DNA of 64,000 nucleotides, taken from Takakia lepidozioides. Lineage: Eukaryota > Plantae > Bryophyta. A model generated the notes under the pieces. The model made no database searches. It had not been told where the DNA came from and saw nothing but the letters and a program-made list of their open reading frames with translations. Positions 1 through 12,288 of this stretch are shown one piece after another. Where the stretch lies: the NCBI GenBank assembly GCA_030704615.1, contig CM060733.1:76570001-76634000 (forward strand). The letters are read 5' to 3'. Within the stretch, counting starts at the first letter, position 1; each line of letters begins with the position of its first letter. The position numbers were made by a program, and so were the translations under genes.

Positions 1-324
1 ATATATTAGTCCATAGGTGTCAAATGGCAAATGATTTTGCCACTTCAAAGTTATATATATAAAAAGTTCTCCAAAATGGCTCTCTTATGTCCAAATTTCA
101 ATGGAATTCATCAATGGCACATATACATTTTTGAGTTCCATGTGTTTTCATTCGCTGTGGAAACAGTCCACTGTTGTTGTCCTCAAAAGTCCATAGCGTT
201 CTCATTTTTTATCGGATTGTCAATTGGATAGTTGCTATAGGTAGATATTGAAGCTAGGAATCCAATGCTATATACATTTATTGGTATTAGTGATAATATT
301 GAAAAGTATTGAAGATGGCATCAA

Positions 325-1870
325 TTGCAGTCACAAAAAACTGTGCCGATAACGTCCATTTTGGTCCAGTCAACCCTACATCCACCCTTCGACGATAAGG
401 AGAAGAAAAAAAGAAAAGTCCCACTTCCGCGAAGACTCTACCTGCAGTTGGACAATTGCATGAAGGAAAACAAAAACAGGTGGATGTTGGCTTTTCTGTC
501 GCTCCTAACTGCGAGAGGAGTGTTTGAAGAGATTCAGATGGGATTTCTCATGGTTGGCCTATACCCATGAGGACATCGACGGATTCTTCAGTTATTTATC
601 GAAGAAGCTGAAGCAAAACAACACCTACGTTCTCTCCGATCTTATGAGATTTTTTTATGATACAAGATCTGCAATTTATTCCTCAAATCATTCAAGAGGT
701 GCCAGATTTCAAGGCGTATGTGGACGGTTGCATTCTCGATGGAAAAAAAGGCTTTAGTTGGGTAAACATAAATGCATGTATTTCGATTCTATGTAGCCGA
801 AGATGGTTGGCTTGTCATGAAGTTTAAGAAGTTTGCTACTGATTCTGAGTGGCTCCCCAAAAAAGGTGCGGTGAAGATGTGGAAGTCGAATCCCGATGGA
901 TCTCCAAAGTTGCCTGTAGCAGTACAACCTAGGGCTGTAAAAAAAACACCAATTTGGGATGTGGGAGATGATTCATTCGATAAATAGTCTTTTATCAAAA
1001 CTGGAATTAAAAAATACAGGGAGTTCTGGAAGAAGGGGATGTTGCTTGACGATCATTATCGTGACATCATGATACAGTATGATCAATACTGGGAAGCAAT
1101 CCTTGCAGAACTTGATCTTCCCATTCCTGGAGAATCACGACATTCAATCGCGCTTAAAGAGGGTTTTTGGCCCTCAACCAAGTGGGCTGTCAACCACCAT
1201 AGAGCCGAAATCCATACACCTGCAGAGGATGATCTGTCGGAAGAAGATGAAATCATGGAGCCATATTGTGGTCCCCGGTGTGATAGACCGAAGCAGCCTC
1301 TAAATCCGTTCAATGACTTTGAGAATAGATTCTTCGTCTTGGTTCGACCAATAGATTCCTTGCCAAATCCAATGGTAACAACTCGCTCCTCCACCATGTT
1401 GAGCTCAATCCGCTCAACCAGCAGAAACACATCCGCTAATGTGGGTTGGGCCGCTTGTAACAGGGTTGCATCCCGCACCCTTCTCTTGAGCTCCTTGTCC
1501 AAAATTCCATACCAGAACTGGACTGCCTGAGCTTCAGTAACCCCTTGGGTCATGTGGTCCGCGACAGAGGATCCAGGAATTTTAAGAAGGTTCACGTCGA
1601 ATGGTGGAGACCCAAGAAAGGAGGTAGCCCTTCCGATTTGGACAAGTACAGAGATTGTTGGTCCAAAGTTTGGGAGTTCAATCCAGATGATCCCCCTCAG
1701 TGGACTCACATTAACTTTGTCGTTTGGACAATGCCCGCCAGAAAAAACACAACACGTAATAGCTCTAAGAAAATTACCGCGGTGGAGGCGGAGAAAGCAC
1801 GAGCAAATTTGGATGAGGCCAATCAACAGTCAGACAATGAAGACAATGCAACCTCGGGCGGAGAACAAGG
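325..1870 (+). pseudogene. Degraded DDE-type transposase-like gene (DUF7869/Sola-like) with frameshifts and stops
   Basis: Motifs LYLQLDNCMKENKN...FLMVG(H)THEDIDGFFS, split by a 1-bp insertion at ~559, followed by HVFRFY...KMWK. The reading continues across ORFs 524-757, 772-987, 1039-1350 and 1545-1874. Confidence 0.6.
1350..1550 (-). mobile_element. Ty3/Gypsy gag-like fragment embedded antisense in the transposase pseudogene
   Basis: The minus-strand translation TQGVTEAQAVQFWYGILDKELKRRVRDATLLQAAQPTLADVFLLVERIELN resembles a retrotransposon capsid C-terminal region. The plus-strand host reading (FFVLVRP... / ...GHVVRDRGSRNFKKVHVEWW) is interrupted here. Confidence 0.5.
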
Positions 1871-2584
1871 TTGACAAGGACATATTGTGGAGGTTCACTC
1901 CTCGGCATGTTTTCAAGAATAAAACTAATGTTTTACCTCCACTCTCCATTTGTTTCTCTTCACGTGTTCAAATATTAATCTACCTCTTTGCCAGCCACCA
2001 GCTTTTTTCCGGACCTCATCTCTGTAACGTTTCAAGAACCTCGAGTGATCATCCGGAGTTCCTAGTTTTCCTGATGTCATTGCTTCTTTCTCTTTGCAGT
2101 TCCTCTCTCACATTACACCCATTTCTTTTGGTTCTCTAGTTCTCACCAAAGTGTCTTCTCCTCAACAGATTCGTCCATCTCCTTCATTCTCGGTCCACAT
2201 GGTCGTATTGTTGGGCTCAATATGATTGATCTAAAAAATGTCCTGAGTATAAACCGCGTGGCAATTTGTGAAAGTTGTTGCTTCAATGGACAAGCTTTCT
2301 CGCGGTTTACTGCTTGTGAATCTTGTGAATCTTCTCCCATTACTCGTCAGTAGCTTTTTGTAAGTCTGGCTTTAAGGACAGAGTTACATTTCTTTTACTG
2401 CCTTTTCGGACTATCTTAAGATTCTTCTCAATTTTCTTCGTCACTAATCAGTCCTGAACTTCGCTTTGCCACCCGTTATTCCGTGTCATCTCAGGTCAAT
2501 TTATCTTGGGTCTGTTTATCTTATTAGGATCTTCTAAAGACAATACTTCTGGGGCCTTCAGTCCTTACATTGTCCTCATCTTAA

Positions 2585-3480
2585 ACCATATACCCTAAAC
2601 CTAATTCGAATGTTTGATGCGCATTCTTCAAGGGTTACAAGGTTGGGCATAATAGAATGGCCCTTGGGATATTTCATTCAAGTCTATTTTCTTAGGTGAC
2701 AAGTCACTTGTACACTTTCCCAGATTTTTTGGTCCATTCATACCCAGTAGTATGTATACTACACTACTCAACTCCGTACCCTAAAACTCCAATGTCTGAT
2801 GCCTATTTAATTTATTGCTTCCAGTTTTGGGTGCAGTCAAAGTGGAGGGGATATTTCCTGAATTGTTGTACGACCTCCACGTAAAGACTCACATTCCATA
2901 ATTGTTTGTCCATTTATAGTTCTCTAAACCCTAAACCCTAAGCCCTTAAACTTAACTCCATTGTTTGATGCGCATTCTTCATAGATTAGATACAATTTGT
3001 GGTTGAGAAATTTTATTCCCTAAACCCTAAATCATAGGTGACAAGTCATATTTACCCTTCCCAATATTTTCTTTTCCATTCATACCGAGTACTATGGTTA
3101 GTACCCTCGCAAACTCTATACCCTAAAACCTAATTTCAATGTTTGATGCTTATTTATTTATTACTTCCAATTTTGGGTATGGTCGAAGTGGTGGGGATAA
3201 TATTTCATGAATTGTTCTACGTATGGGTAAAGACTCAAACTCCATAATTGTTTGTCCATTTACAGTTTTCTAAAACCCTAAACCCTAAACCAAACTCCAC
3301 TGTTTGATTCACATTCCTTATAGAAATTTGGATACAATCTGTGGTTGGTATATTTCATTAACAAATTTTCATAGGTGCCAAGTCATCTGTACACTTTCCC
3401 ATATTTTCTTTTCCATTCATACCAAGTACTATGTTTCAATGTACCATAGCCAAACTCTATAACCTAAAACCTAATTCCAG
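2585..3480. repeat. Imperfect ~340-bp tandem repeat (~2.7 copies) containing CCCTAAA telomere-like motifs
   Basis: taggtgacaagtca-like blocks at ~2694, ~3035 and ~3372; taaaccctaaaccctaa-like runs at ~2925 and ~3272. Confidence 0.75.
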
Positions 3481-4134
3481 CTTGGTTCAATGATTTTATA
3501 GCTGAATCTACATGATACTCTTCCACAATATTTGGTTGTCAGAATGATACCTAAATATTTTGAAACATAATTCACATGTTTCATTGAAATCCAACCTTAT
3601 TCCATTCAACGTTTTAATCCATCAATTGAAAACTTGCAATACATTGGTTCATGGTACTACTATACTATAAGCATGGTATGGATGTTTATTTTTCATTTGT
3701 ATATTATCTTCTTGAATCATTTGTTTATGTCATACATCTATCAATTTATTAATAACTTCATTCAATCGATCTTATCTTTATAATTTTCTGATGCAAAGTA
3801 TGTCATTCGACTTACCATTCGATATTTCATGAATGGGATTGTGCAACTTCACAAGTTAAATGACTCAATATTCCACGATATTATTATTAATACCTGAATT
3901 AATTTTAATTATGTTATATATTAAGTTTGGTCCGGATTTAAGCCAAAAGTCCGGAATTACTTAAAATAGGGTTGCAAGCTTCACTCAATGCTGCACATTG
4001 CGTTGATATGAACATATTAGGCGTGATGCAGACACAATCCTCTAGCACAATGGATCAGTCGAATAGTGGATATGTAGAGGCAACAAGGCCAACGCAAGGG
4101 CAATGTAGAGGGTCGAGGAGCAGCTAATTCACGA

Positions 4135-4520
4135 CGGTAGAGGCAGAGCAATTGGGATCACAATGAAATGTTTGCTCTAATAAAATGCAAGCATGATGAG
4201 CATGTGGTGCAGAAGGCACTTGTTGATCTTTGGGCGCACATGCTTGGTGCCTGCAGTAGTGAAGTGGGCCAAAATTGCGGAGGAACTCCATTTAAGAATA
4301 TATATAAAGACAAATGGAACGACTTGGATTCTGACTACAAAAAGGTGTCATAATATCATAAGGGAACCGACCACAATAATTCTTATTTTGACAACGATTG
4401 ATGAGTGTGACTAGGCTCACTTACCACGTCAGTTCAACAACAATTTCTACGACGCCATTGAGGCATTCCAGGGGGAGCACATAATCAATGCACCACTTCA
4501 CGTGCAGGATTTAAACGCCC
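4135..4520 (+). pseudogene. Myb/SANT-like (trihelix-type) DNA-binding domain pseudogene, possibly a PIF/Harbinger accessory ORF
   Basis: RQSNWDHNEMFALIKCK...KWAKIAEE...KDKWNDLDSDYKKV*YHKGT...HLPRQFNNNFYDAIEAF, read across frameshifts and stops. Confidence 0.6.
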
Positions 4521-5807
4521 CTAGGGATGGTAATTACATTGCACCAATACTGGACATTGATACACAAGAAGGAGCAATGTGATTTAGTACAACCACAACG
4601 TTCGCTTATGGAAGATTTCTTGGTGACGACTATTTACCGGGACAACACATACGTGGAGAACCTGATATATACATGTTGTCAAGCTGGATGAGCTCTCTAA
4701 GAGCACACCTCATTACCCTCATATTGTGAATCTACTAATGATGTTCATCTTCAGACTCCAAATAACCAGAAAATGGCCAGTCCACTCACTGATGAGAATA
4801 TAATAGACTTCGGAGCTCGTATATGAGCTGATAGTTGTACATGATTCATATTGTACAAGATTTTGTGAAGCGGCATGATTGAATTTGTAGTAATAAGACT
4901 TCGGAGCTCATACTGATAGATGTACAAGATTTTCATATTTTACCCAAATGAAAATCGATTCAAATTTTGGTCTATACAGCGAGACAAATTGTAGTCACCA
5001 CAGCCATCCTACCGGCCTTCAATGTCATTGAATTTGATTGAATGCAATCTTTTGCCTCCACCTCATTTAGGTGGGCTCTATAAGCATGGCCCTCTTAAAA
5101 AGTAAAGTTGGAACCTAAACCATCTTCAAACGAATAGAAATGACAATATATAAGATGACCAATGATGTAAATGTGGCTAACAGCTAGAATGTCAGTTGTT
5201 AGATTTATTTTTAATCCACACTATCTCTCCCCCTTCTGGCCCCCTTCCCTTCCCTCTCCTCCTCTCCCCTCCTCGTTCAATCACCTTGCATGTGTGCGAT
5301 GGGTCTCTTGCCCACATGCACCAAGGCAAAGAAATGTTCCATCATACGAATGACATAAATAATATTGTGTCAGCTGTTTCTCAGCACATTGCACAAAGCT
5401 GTTGAAGTCTAGAATGCAAAGATTGGTGCATATCCCAAGAGTCAAGCGCACGCTAGCTCATCTCATATCCAAAGTGGCATGTTGTTAATCGAGATATATA
5501 CGATGTAGAATAGCGTGCCTAAAACAATTCGAAAAAAAACATCTTTTCAACCCATGACAAGTCCCACTTGATGTCTAAACAAAAAGCAAAAGTTATGTGC
5601 TTTAGGATGCTTCGGCCAGTGTTGGACACGAGAAGGTGGCGGTTAGGAAAGCAAGTATAGTCACAAGACAAAAATCCCAAAATCTTTCTCAATTGATCTT
5701 CAGTATCATGTTGTTCATGCAAAGCCCACCGAGTTAGCTGAATCTTTGTAGCAATGTTATTCTTATGTTCTGCTGGAGGTGGTGGTGGCGCAGAAGACAA
5801 TACCTCA

Positions 5808-6870
5808 TGTTGAGATGGCGGTAGAACTAGAAGAAGCCATTGCTACGAAGATTTGAAACGAATTATGATGTATATTAAGTCTCTATAGTTCTCATGGTCC
5901 ATAGTTAAATCTCTATAGTTCCTCCTTTCGGGTTTGGGAACTCAATAGGTGATCCATCGTGACAAAAAGATGATTAGATTTGCTACAACCAGTGACTGCC
6001 GGCACTTATTCAGTCTTGCTATGTTTGTCCTGATCTCGTTGTGGCTTCTCTTTTGCTATTAGCTTCCACTCCTCTTCCTTGATGTGCCTGCATCGCTTGA
6101 AGAACATGCAGAACTTTTTGTTCTTATCTTTGACGTTGACCGTTGATTTTTCGTACATGTTATATTGTTGTTTGCCTTTGAAGTTAATCATCAAAAGCTT
6201 GTCTCCAAAATTTGTGGCAGCTTTCATAAGCTTCTTCCAAGATCCTATTCAAAACAAGATCTAAAGGCAAATCATTTCCTAGGGTGTTAAGGGAAGTCAC
6301 CATCACATGGAAAGATGCAAGTGGGAGGCTGTGAAGCAAACAAGCAACAAGAATCATGTCAGAGACATTTATCTTTGCTGATTTGAAATAAACAAGTAGA
6401 TTTTTGAACTTAGTCAAACGCAAGCTCAAGTCTTCTCCTTCTGAAATCTTGAAGATCAAAAGGCAAGTACAGAGGGCTAGTATGCTGATAGCATCTTCGT
6501 CTCCATGTCGCTTTTCTAGTAGATCCCATGCTTCTTTTGCGGTTGTGGCGTTCCTAATATACTGGAACTCCTCCTTCAAAACATTAGAGAATACGTGAAA
6601 ACGTGTTGTAGCATCTCTATGCTTTTATTCCTTCGTAATCGGTTCAGGTGTTTTTTCTACTCCTATGACAATCTCAAGTAAATCATCACACTTGAGCAAC
6701 ACCTTCATCATCTCCTTCCAATCGGCGTAGTTAGAATGATCTAACTTTTTTACCAAAGCCAAACTACTGGTGGCACATGGGCTCATAACCTATTGAGATT
6801 GCACTAGAAGAATCCATTAATGCTACGAAGATATGAAACGAATCCTACTGTATATTAAGCCTATCAGCTA
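5808..6870 (-). mobile_element. Internally deleted Ty1/Copia remnant: gag only, between two partial LTR copies
   Basis: Gag 6786->~6010 reads MSP...KLDHSNYADWKEMMKVLL...*...IRNATTAKEAWDLLEK...LLHSLP and ends in a degenerate Zn knuckle. PBS GGTTATGAGCCC lies at 6790-6779. A direct repeat t(g/a)ttgagat...ctagaagaa...gctacgaagat.tgaaacgaat starts at 5808 and 6791. Confidence 0.8.
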
Positions 6871-7830
6871 GTAGACACAATGCACGTGTGAGATGAACAA
6901 AAACAATATGAGAAATTGAAAGATTACAAACAGCTTGATTTTCCCAGCACTCATAGTGCGTAGACCAGCTCTCTCTCTATTATGCTAGTTTATGCATTGC
7001 GCACGGTGAGCTTGTGAAGCAGCTCGTTATATTGCTAACAATTCCACCGACAATCATTAATGGCACCGTCCTACTTATTCTATATCTATAGATGCAGGTG
7101 GCTCTGCCGACTTATGATGATAAGCATTATCTTAAGGTGAGATAAAGATTGATGTCGCAAAAAGGAATGAGCTATACAAAGAAGACTGCAATCTAGCTAT
7201 TTTTAACACCTTCCACTTTATGATCCGTGATTCAACACCTGCGCCTTTCCCAACACCTTAGAATCCAATACTAAACAACCTAGCACTAACAAGCATATTT
7301 AACTTGAAGCCAAGCAACATACTAACTCGCATATCCACCATATAAGCAACAATGTGTGCAGCGTAGTGAATGTAATTGTGCCCTGCGCGCTGAGGACGCG
7401 CAAAACTACTCAATAAAATGAAAAGTTCTCACAACACATTGATGCAACATCGAGTTATTATAGAAACCCTCACGATCCGCGCACAATTAAAGACAAACGT
7501 AGCCTGGACCAAATTCACATCATCTTTGCTCCATGCAAGAAGCAAATATGAAGCATTAAAGCAAAACGCGAATCACAAGGCCATAACACCATCTGCGCTA
7601 GCTCAGGGAAGAGAAAAAGAAAAAATCGTGGGAAAACACAAATTGTCGGGTGGCTAGGGCAGTCCTTGCAGGTGGACATGCACTCAACCCCCATGACCCC
7701 ACACGCCGCCGTCAATGGTGATAGGGCACATGGTTTGTCCTGGCTGCCGTGGGTCAACCCCGATACTAGAGCTCTTCTCACACTTGTTAGTAGTTAAACT
7801 GCAGATATTAGGTATTTTATCAACCTCTAA

Positions 7831-8603
7831 GGGCCGGTTTATACGAGGGCATGTGCCCAAGACCAAGCTAGAAACAAGAAATCCTATTGGTCAAGAGCCT
7901 CCAATCGGGCCCAAGCGGTTTATACGAGGGTCGGGGCCCAAGACCTGCACGAAAATGACATGGCTACCTACATGGCATGATTTATGGCGCCAAACTCTTG
8001 GGCCCAACCCAACAAGAGGAACGCTCCTAGGATGGAGACCCAACTCTTTCCCTTGGGCCCAATAAACCTACCATTAAGATGTATATTTTTAAGCCTATCA
8101 CAGCCGTAGGATTGAAACAGATCATAAATGAGGTTGTATGCAGACTAGAGACTCTCGACAGCCACCTTGCGGCAAGCACTCAACGCAGGTGCTGACCGTA
8201 GAATCATCAGCCCTCTCTAGCTCTTGGACCTCCTCCTTCCATAATAAACACAAACATCATCAACAGTCCAAATTGCTCGTTTATAAGTTGTTGCAATGCC
8301 AAAATGGTTGTAATCACGCGCTCGAAGGCCATGAAGAGGACCAAGGCCACAAGAATATTATGCCTGTTTGCTTCCATAGTTTAGGGATACACTATTTGAT
8401 GGGAGATAACGTGAAGAGTAAAAGATAGAGAATGGAAGGAGGGGGAGAGTGGGCCTTAGGCTTGGGCCCAATAGGTTTGCACAAAGAGGGCCCAATTCCT
8501 TGAAAATTGTATTTTAATCGGTTCATTAAGCCTGATTGTGGGCCCAAAAGCTCTAGTATTGGGCCCATGCTTTCTTGGCCCAGGCCCTCGTGCAAACCAG
8601 CCC
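7831..8603. mobile_element. PIF/Harbinger (Tourist-like) non-autonomous element
   Basis: TIR GGGCCGGTTTATACGAGGGC versus reverse complement GGGCTGGTTTGCACGAGGGC (17/20). TAA flanks both sides (7828-30, 8604-06). Confidence 0.8.
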
Positions 8604-9413
8604 TAAGTAATAGTTCACACCAGTGTTGTGCAGGTTCTGCCTTTTTAAGCAACCCGCGGGGTCCGGGTGCGGGTTGTTTTTTGGAGCCAAGTCCGGGTCT
8701 GGATCCGGGTTTTAGAAATTTGGAAAATCCGGGTCCGGGTTTGTCAACACGGACTCGGGTTAGGGTCCGGGTAGTTGTTGGGAAATATTAGTGGGTTCAC
8801 GGTTCGGATCCGGGTCCTAATTAATTGATTAAATAAATTTAAAAAATAAGATTAATTAGGGATAAAATTATTTTTGGCTGAAAAAAACTTTAAATCCTAA
8901 TAATGAATTTTATTTTAAGAGTCATTCCTTCAAAATATACCATGAATAGGAATAGGTATATGTATACCATGAATAAGGATTAAAATAGAAGTTTGAGTTC
9001 CATTTTATATTTTTCAATTCTTTAAACATGTTAAGAATAGTAATATGTCTCAAGGATAGCATGGATTTGTGGGATCTGGCCTAATAATAATATATGATGC
9101 CTCCTTTGGGAGGTGTAAATTATGGTCCCATATGGCACAACTTTGTGACACCACTGTGTGGATTGAACCCACAACCGCTTTTGAGGTGGTATGTGGCCAT
9201 TACCACTGGGCTACAACGTGGTGGCTGCAGTGGCCTATTGCTGCTCCACACATAACCTACCAAACTAGGGCTTCGCGTTGCTCCGCACTACTAGCGACGA
9301 CTTCTGAGAAGGACGCCCGGACGGATGGGCCATACTGGAGGAACTTGAGAGAGAGTTGGAGGGGTTTTCCATGGGTTGTCTTGGTACAACAAGTAGATTT
9401 GGACTATGATAAA

Positions 9414-9893
9414 TCAGTATTTTTTTATTATCCGTTGTGAGCATGCATTGGAAAAATTCTTGTGACGGAAATTCATCCAATATCGGATGTTACACTTGAT
9501 TGCAACGAGATCCCCTGAACGTACGGATTGTCCATCCATTTTTTGGCCATTTTCGTTAAGGACTTCTATTGTATTGTACATCCCGTCATTGTTTGTTTTG
9601 TGACGTTTGTTGTTATTGGACGTCGATCCAGAGTTGTTTGTGTTGTTTTTTAGGAGCTTTTTCGTGAAGCTCATGTTGTTTTCACCCATCCACCTCGTGT
9701 CCTCGCCTCTCCTCTTCCAATGATCGGACCATTCCGTTATTGTATTTGCGTAGTCGAACTGGAAATGGCTGTCTTCTATCAATATTGTGAAGTTTGCGTC
9801 TTTTAGTTCTTCGGCGAAAGTCACGAATCTGTAATTCCCGGTTTTGCCAAGGTAGGGGAATTTTGCAATACCTACGAAGATACTTTGACGAGG
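9414..9893 (-). other. Orphan ORF fragment, weakly resembling phage gp2.5-type OB-fold ssDNA-binding proteins
   Basis: Open frame IFVGIAKFPYLGKTGN...FTILIED...MSFTKKL...IEVLNENGQKMDGQSVRSGDLVAIKCNIRYW. The family resemblance is by eye only. Confidence 0.3.
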
Positions 9894-10015
9894 TCATCAT
9901 GGACCTCTTTCCCCTTTTCCAGGGCTCCCAGGCTTGCATACACATTGCAAATGCAACCGAACGTGATGTGGTTGGGCTTCACCCCTTCACGCATCATTTG
10001 CTCATACGCCTGTAC
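9885..10015 (-). pseudogene. PLS-class PPR fragment (end of P motif plus L motif)
   Basis: YEQMMREGVKPNHITFGCICNVYASLGALEKGKEVHDDLVK, similar to the repeats at 16546-18334. Confidence 0.8.
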
Positions 10016-10334
10016 CTCTGTTTACTAACTTTGAAAGTTTCGAGGTTGAACCTCACCTTGAGTTAAAATTATAGTAGTGTCAAGGCTGCCCTTCACTCAT
10101 CCATGTTACAAACCGGAAATGAGTTCAGGGTTTTATGCCTAACTGTTGTTTGGACATTCTGCATTCTTCCAACATGGCCTTGGACACATCAGCTTTCCAA
10201 GTTAACTTTCAAGTCAACTTCATTTTAGTAGGGTCAGTTCCTCTTGCCTAATATTCAGGCACTTGAAATCTCCTCTTCCCGTTCTGCCAGGACTTCACCT
10301 GTTGGACTGGATGTTGGCAGATCCACTACTTTCG

Positions 10335-10515
10335 TCTCCAGACACAAAACTAATGGCCAGCTTCTCACTGTGGTGGCAAACAGAAAATTCCTTTTCTGTT
10401 TTTCTACAGCGACCTGGCTCATTTCTAACTCCTCTAACCTTCATCATTCTTCTCACCTTTGCAGTATTATCCCAATTACCAGCTGCAGCATAGATGGTTG
10501 ATAGCAACAACATCC
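10335..10515 (-). pseudogene. E-domain plus truncated DYW cytidine-deaminase domain remnant
   Basis: LLLSTIYAAAGNWDNTAKVRRMMKVRGVRNEPG (E2/PG box) joined directly to EKEFSVCHHSEKLAISF (DYW HxE motif). The CxxC motif and DYW terminus are absent. Confidence 0.8.
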
Positions 10516-10640
10516 AAAATCCAAGAGTATCACATTCCTGTTGGCTGAGGTAGAGGCATACACCTGAATGCCAAGCACCTGTTGCTTGTGCCCTAAGTCC
10601 AGCAGCAGATCTCGCAACTTCTGCTCTGACATACGTTTCT

Positions 10641-10952
10641 GAATCTGCTGAAATGCCTCCTTGGTTTAAAGTCTGTGGAAGAAGAGGAGGGTACATGAAA
10701 GGGTGCATGACTTGCCTGCGGATGCTGTCAACCTTCACTCCTATTCCAAGAGGAGCTTCTTTTTCCCCACACATATGCAGCCATCACAGCCTCCAAGAAT
10801 CTGCTGAAATGCCTCCTTGGTTTAAAGTCTGTGGAAGAAGAGGAGGGTACATGAAAGGGTGCATGACTTGCCTGCGGATGTTGTCAACCTTCACTCCTGT
10901 TCCAGGAGGAGCTTCTTTTTCCCCACACATATGCAGCCATCATAGCCTCCAA
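10641..10952. repeat. Near-perfect 156-bp (52-codon) tandem duplication
   Basis: gaatctgctgaaatgcctcc...agcctccaa at 10641-10796 and 10797-10952, with about 5 mismatches. Confidence 0.95.
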
Positions 10953-11100
10953 ACTGTCGGTGGTACCCTTGCCTGCTGTATCCATGAACCTTCTGATTGA
11001 TTTTTGGACAGTAGAGAAAGTAAACTTAGAAGAATGGAGGCTATAAATTCCACAGTTCCTATGCTCAATTGCGCCTGCTACTCTCTGTAATCTAACAGAC

Positions 11101-11950
11101 ATTCATCTTCTTGCCTCGATTGTCCCACCATTGACTGGGGTCAGAAAAGTATTCATTCCACAGCTTCTCCTCGTCTATGTTACCTGTTTCGGGATACTTT
11201 CTTGCTGTCACATTGGCAGTATCAATCCCACACGCATGTTGTGCATATCCTGCAATCATAGCACTCCATGATACCACATTTTGTTCAGCCATCCTGACGA
11301 ACACTCCCTTTGCATCTTCAGTGCTTCCGCCTTTGGCATACATGTCAATGAGGGCATTGTTTAGAATGACATCTGGTACAATTCCAGCTTTGACGATATC
11401 ACCATGGACCTCTTTGCCCTTTTCCAGGCTTGCACACACATTGAAAATGGAAATGAATGTGACCTGGTCTGGGTTCAACCCTTCCTGAATCATTTGCTCA
11501 TAGGTCTCCAAAGCCTTCATCCCGCACCCACGCTGAGCATATCCAGTGATCATTGCGTTCCACGAGATCACATCTCGTTCAGCCATCATTATATTCCACG
11601 TGATCACACCTTGTTCAGGCATTTTGTTGAACACTCAGTGTGCATCCACAATACTCCCACACTTCACATACATGTTAACAAGGGTGTTGCATAGAAAAAC
11701 GTTGGGCTTGAATCCACTTTGGATAATGTGAGCATGCACCTGTTTTCCGGCTTCTAGGCCTTTCATCTTGATGCACTTATGCAAGAGACAGACATAAGTA
11801 TCTAAATCTGCTGAATTTGCTGAAACCCTTCAAAATCTGTAGAGCCTCTTTCAGTTGCCATGCCTCACATAGCATCCTCACGTGCCCAGAAGTGCCAGAA
11901 GCGGTATTGTGGACTCCCTCTCTTGGTCCTCCCTTGGAAGCTGTGGCCAT
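11101..11950 (-). pseudogene. PLS-class PPR pseudogene copy B, fused at its 3' end to an OSB-type PDF-motif fragment
   Basis: Starts MATASKGGPREGVH...LCEAWQLKEALQIL, followed by a frameshift and stop, then PLS repeats (VISWNAMITGYAQ...LEKGKEVHGDIVKAGIVPDVILNNALIDMYAK). Ends in EEKLWNEYFSDPSQWWDNRGKKMN. Confidence 0.85.
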
Positions 11951-12288
11951 GGTGGAGCACCTGATTTCAAATATGCCGCTGCCGCTGTTTCCAGTTGACC
12001 ATCTACCCATGCAGGTTTCCTGTAGCTATCAATCCATAGGGAATCATGGGCACTATTGTGCCTGATATCCATCCCTCTTGGATGAATCTGGACCCACACT
12101 CTATCCCTGCTCTCCTTTAGCTATCCCTTACTCAGCACCATTAATGCATAGACCTTGCCCTTGCTGCTAGAAGCTGACAATGACAGCTGAATTTTTTCTA
12201 GCAAACACCCAAACCCTACTGATCACACACTAGCTCCTACTCTGAATTGGTCCCAAGACTTTAAAAATGTGCTGGGGAGAGATTGTAC

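Noticed and set aside
2920-3295. Telomere or chromosome-fusion site
   Set aside because: Only 1-2 heptamers at a time, embedded in a larger repeat unit.
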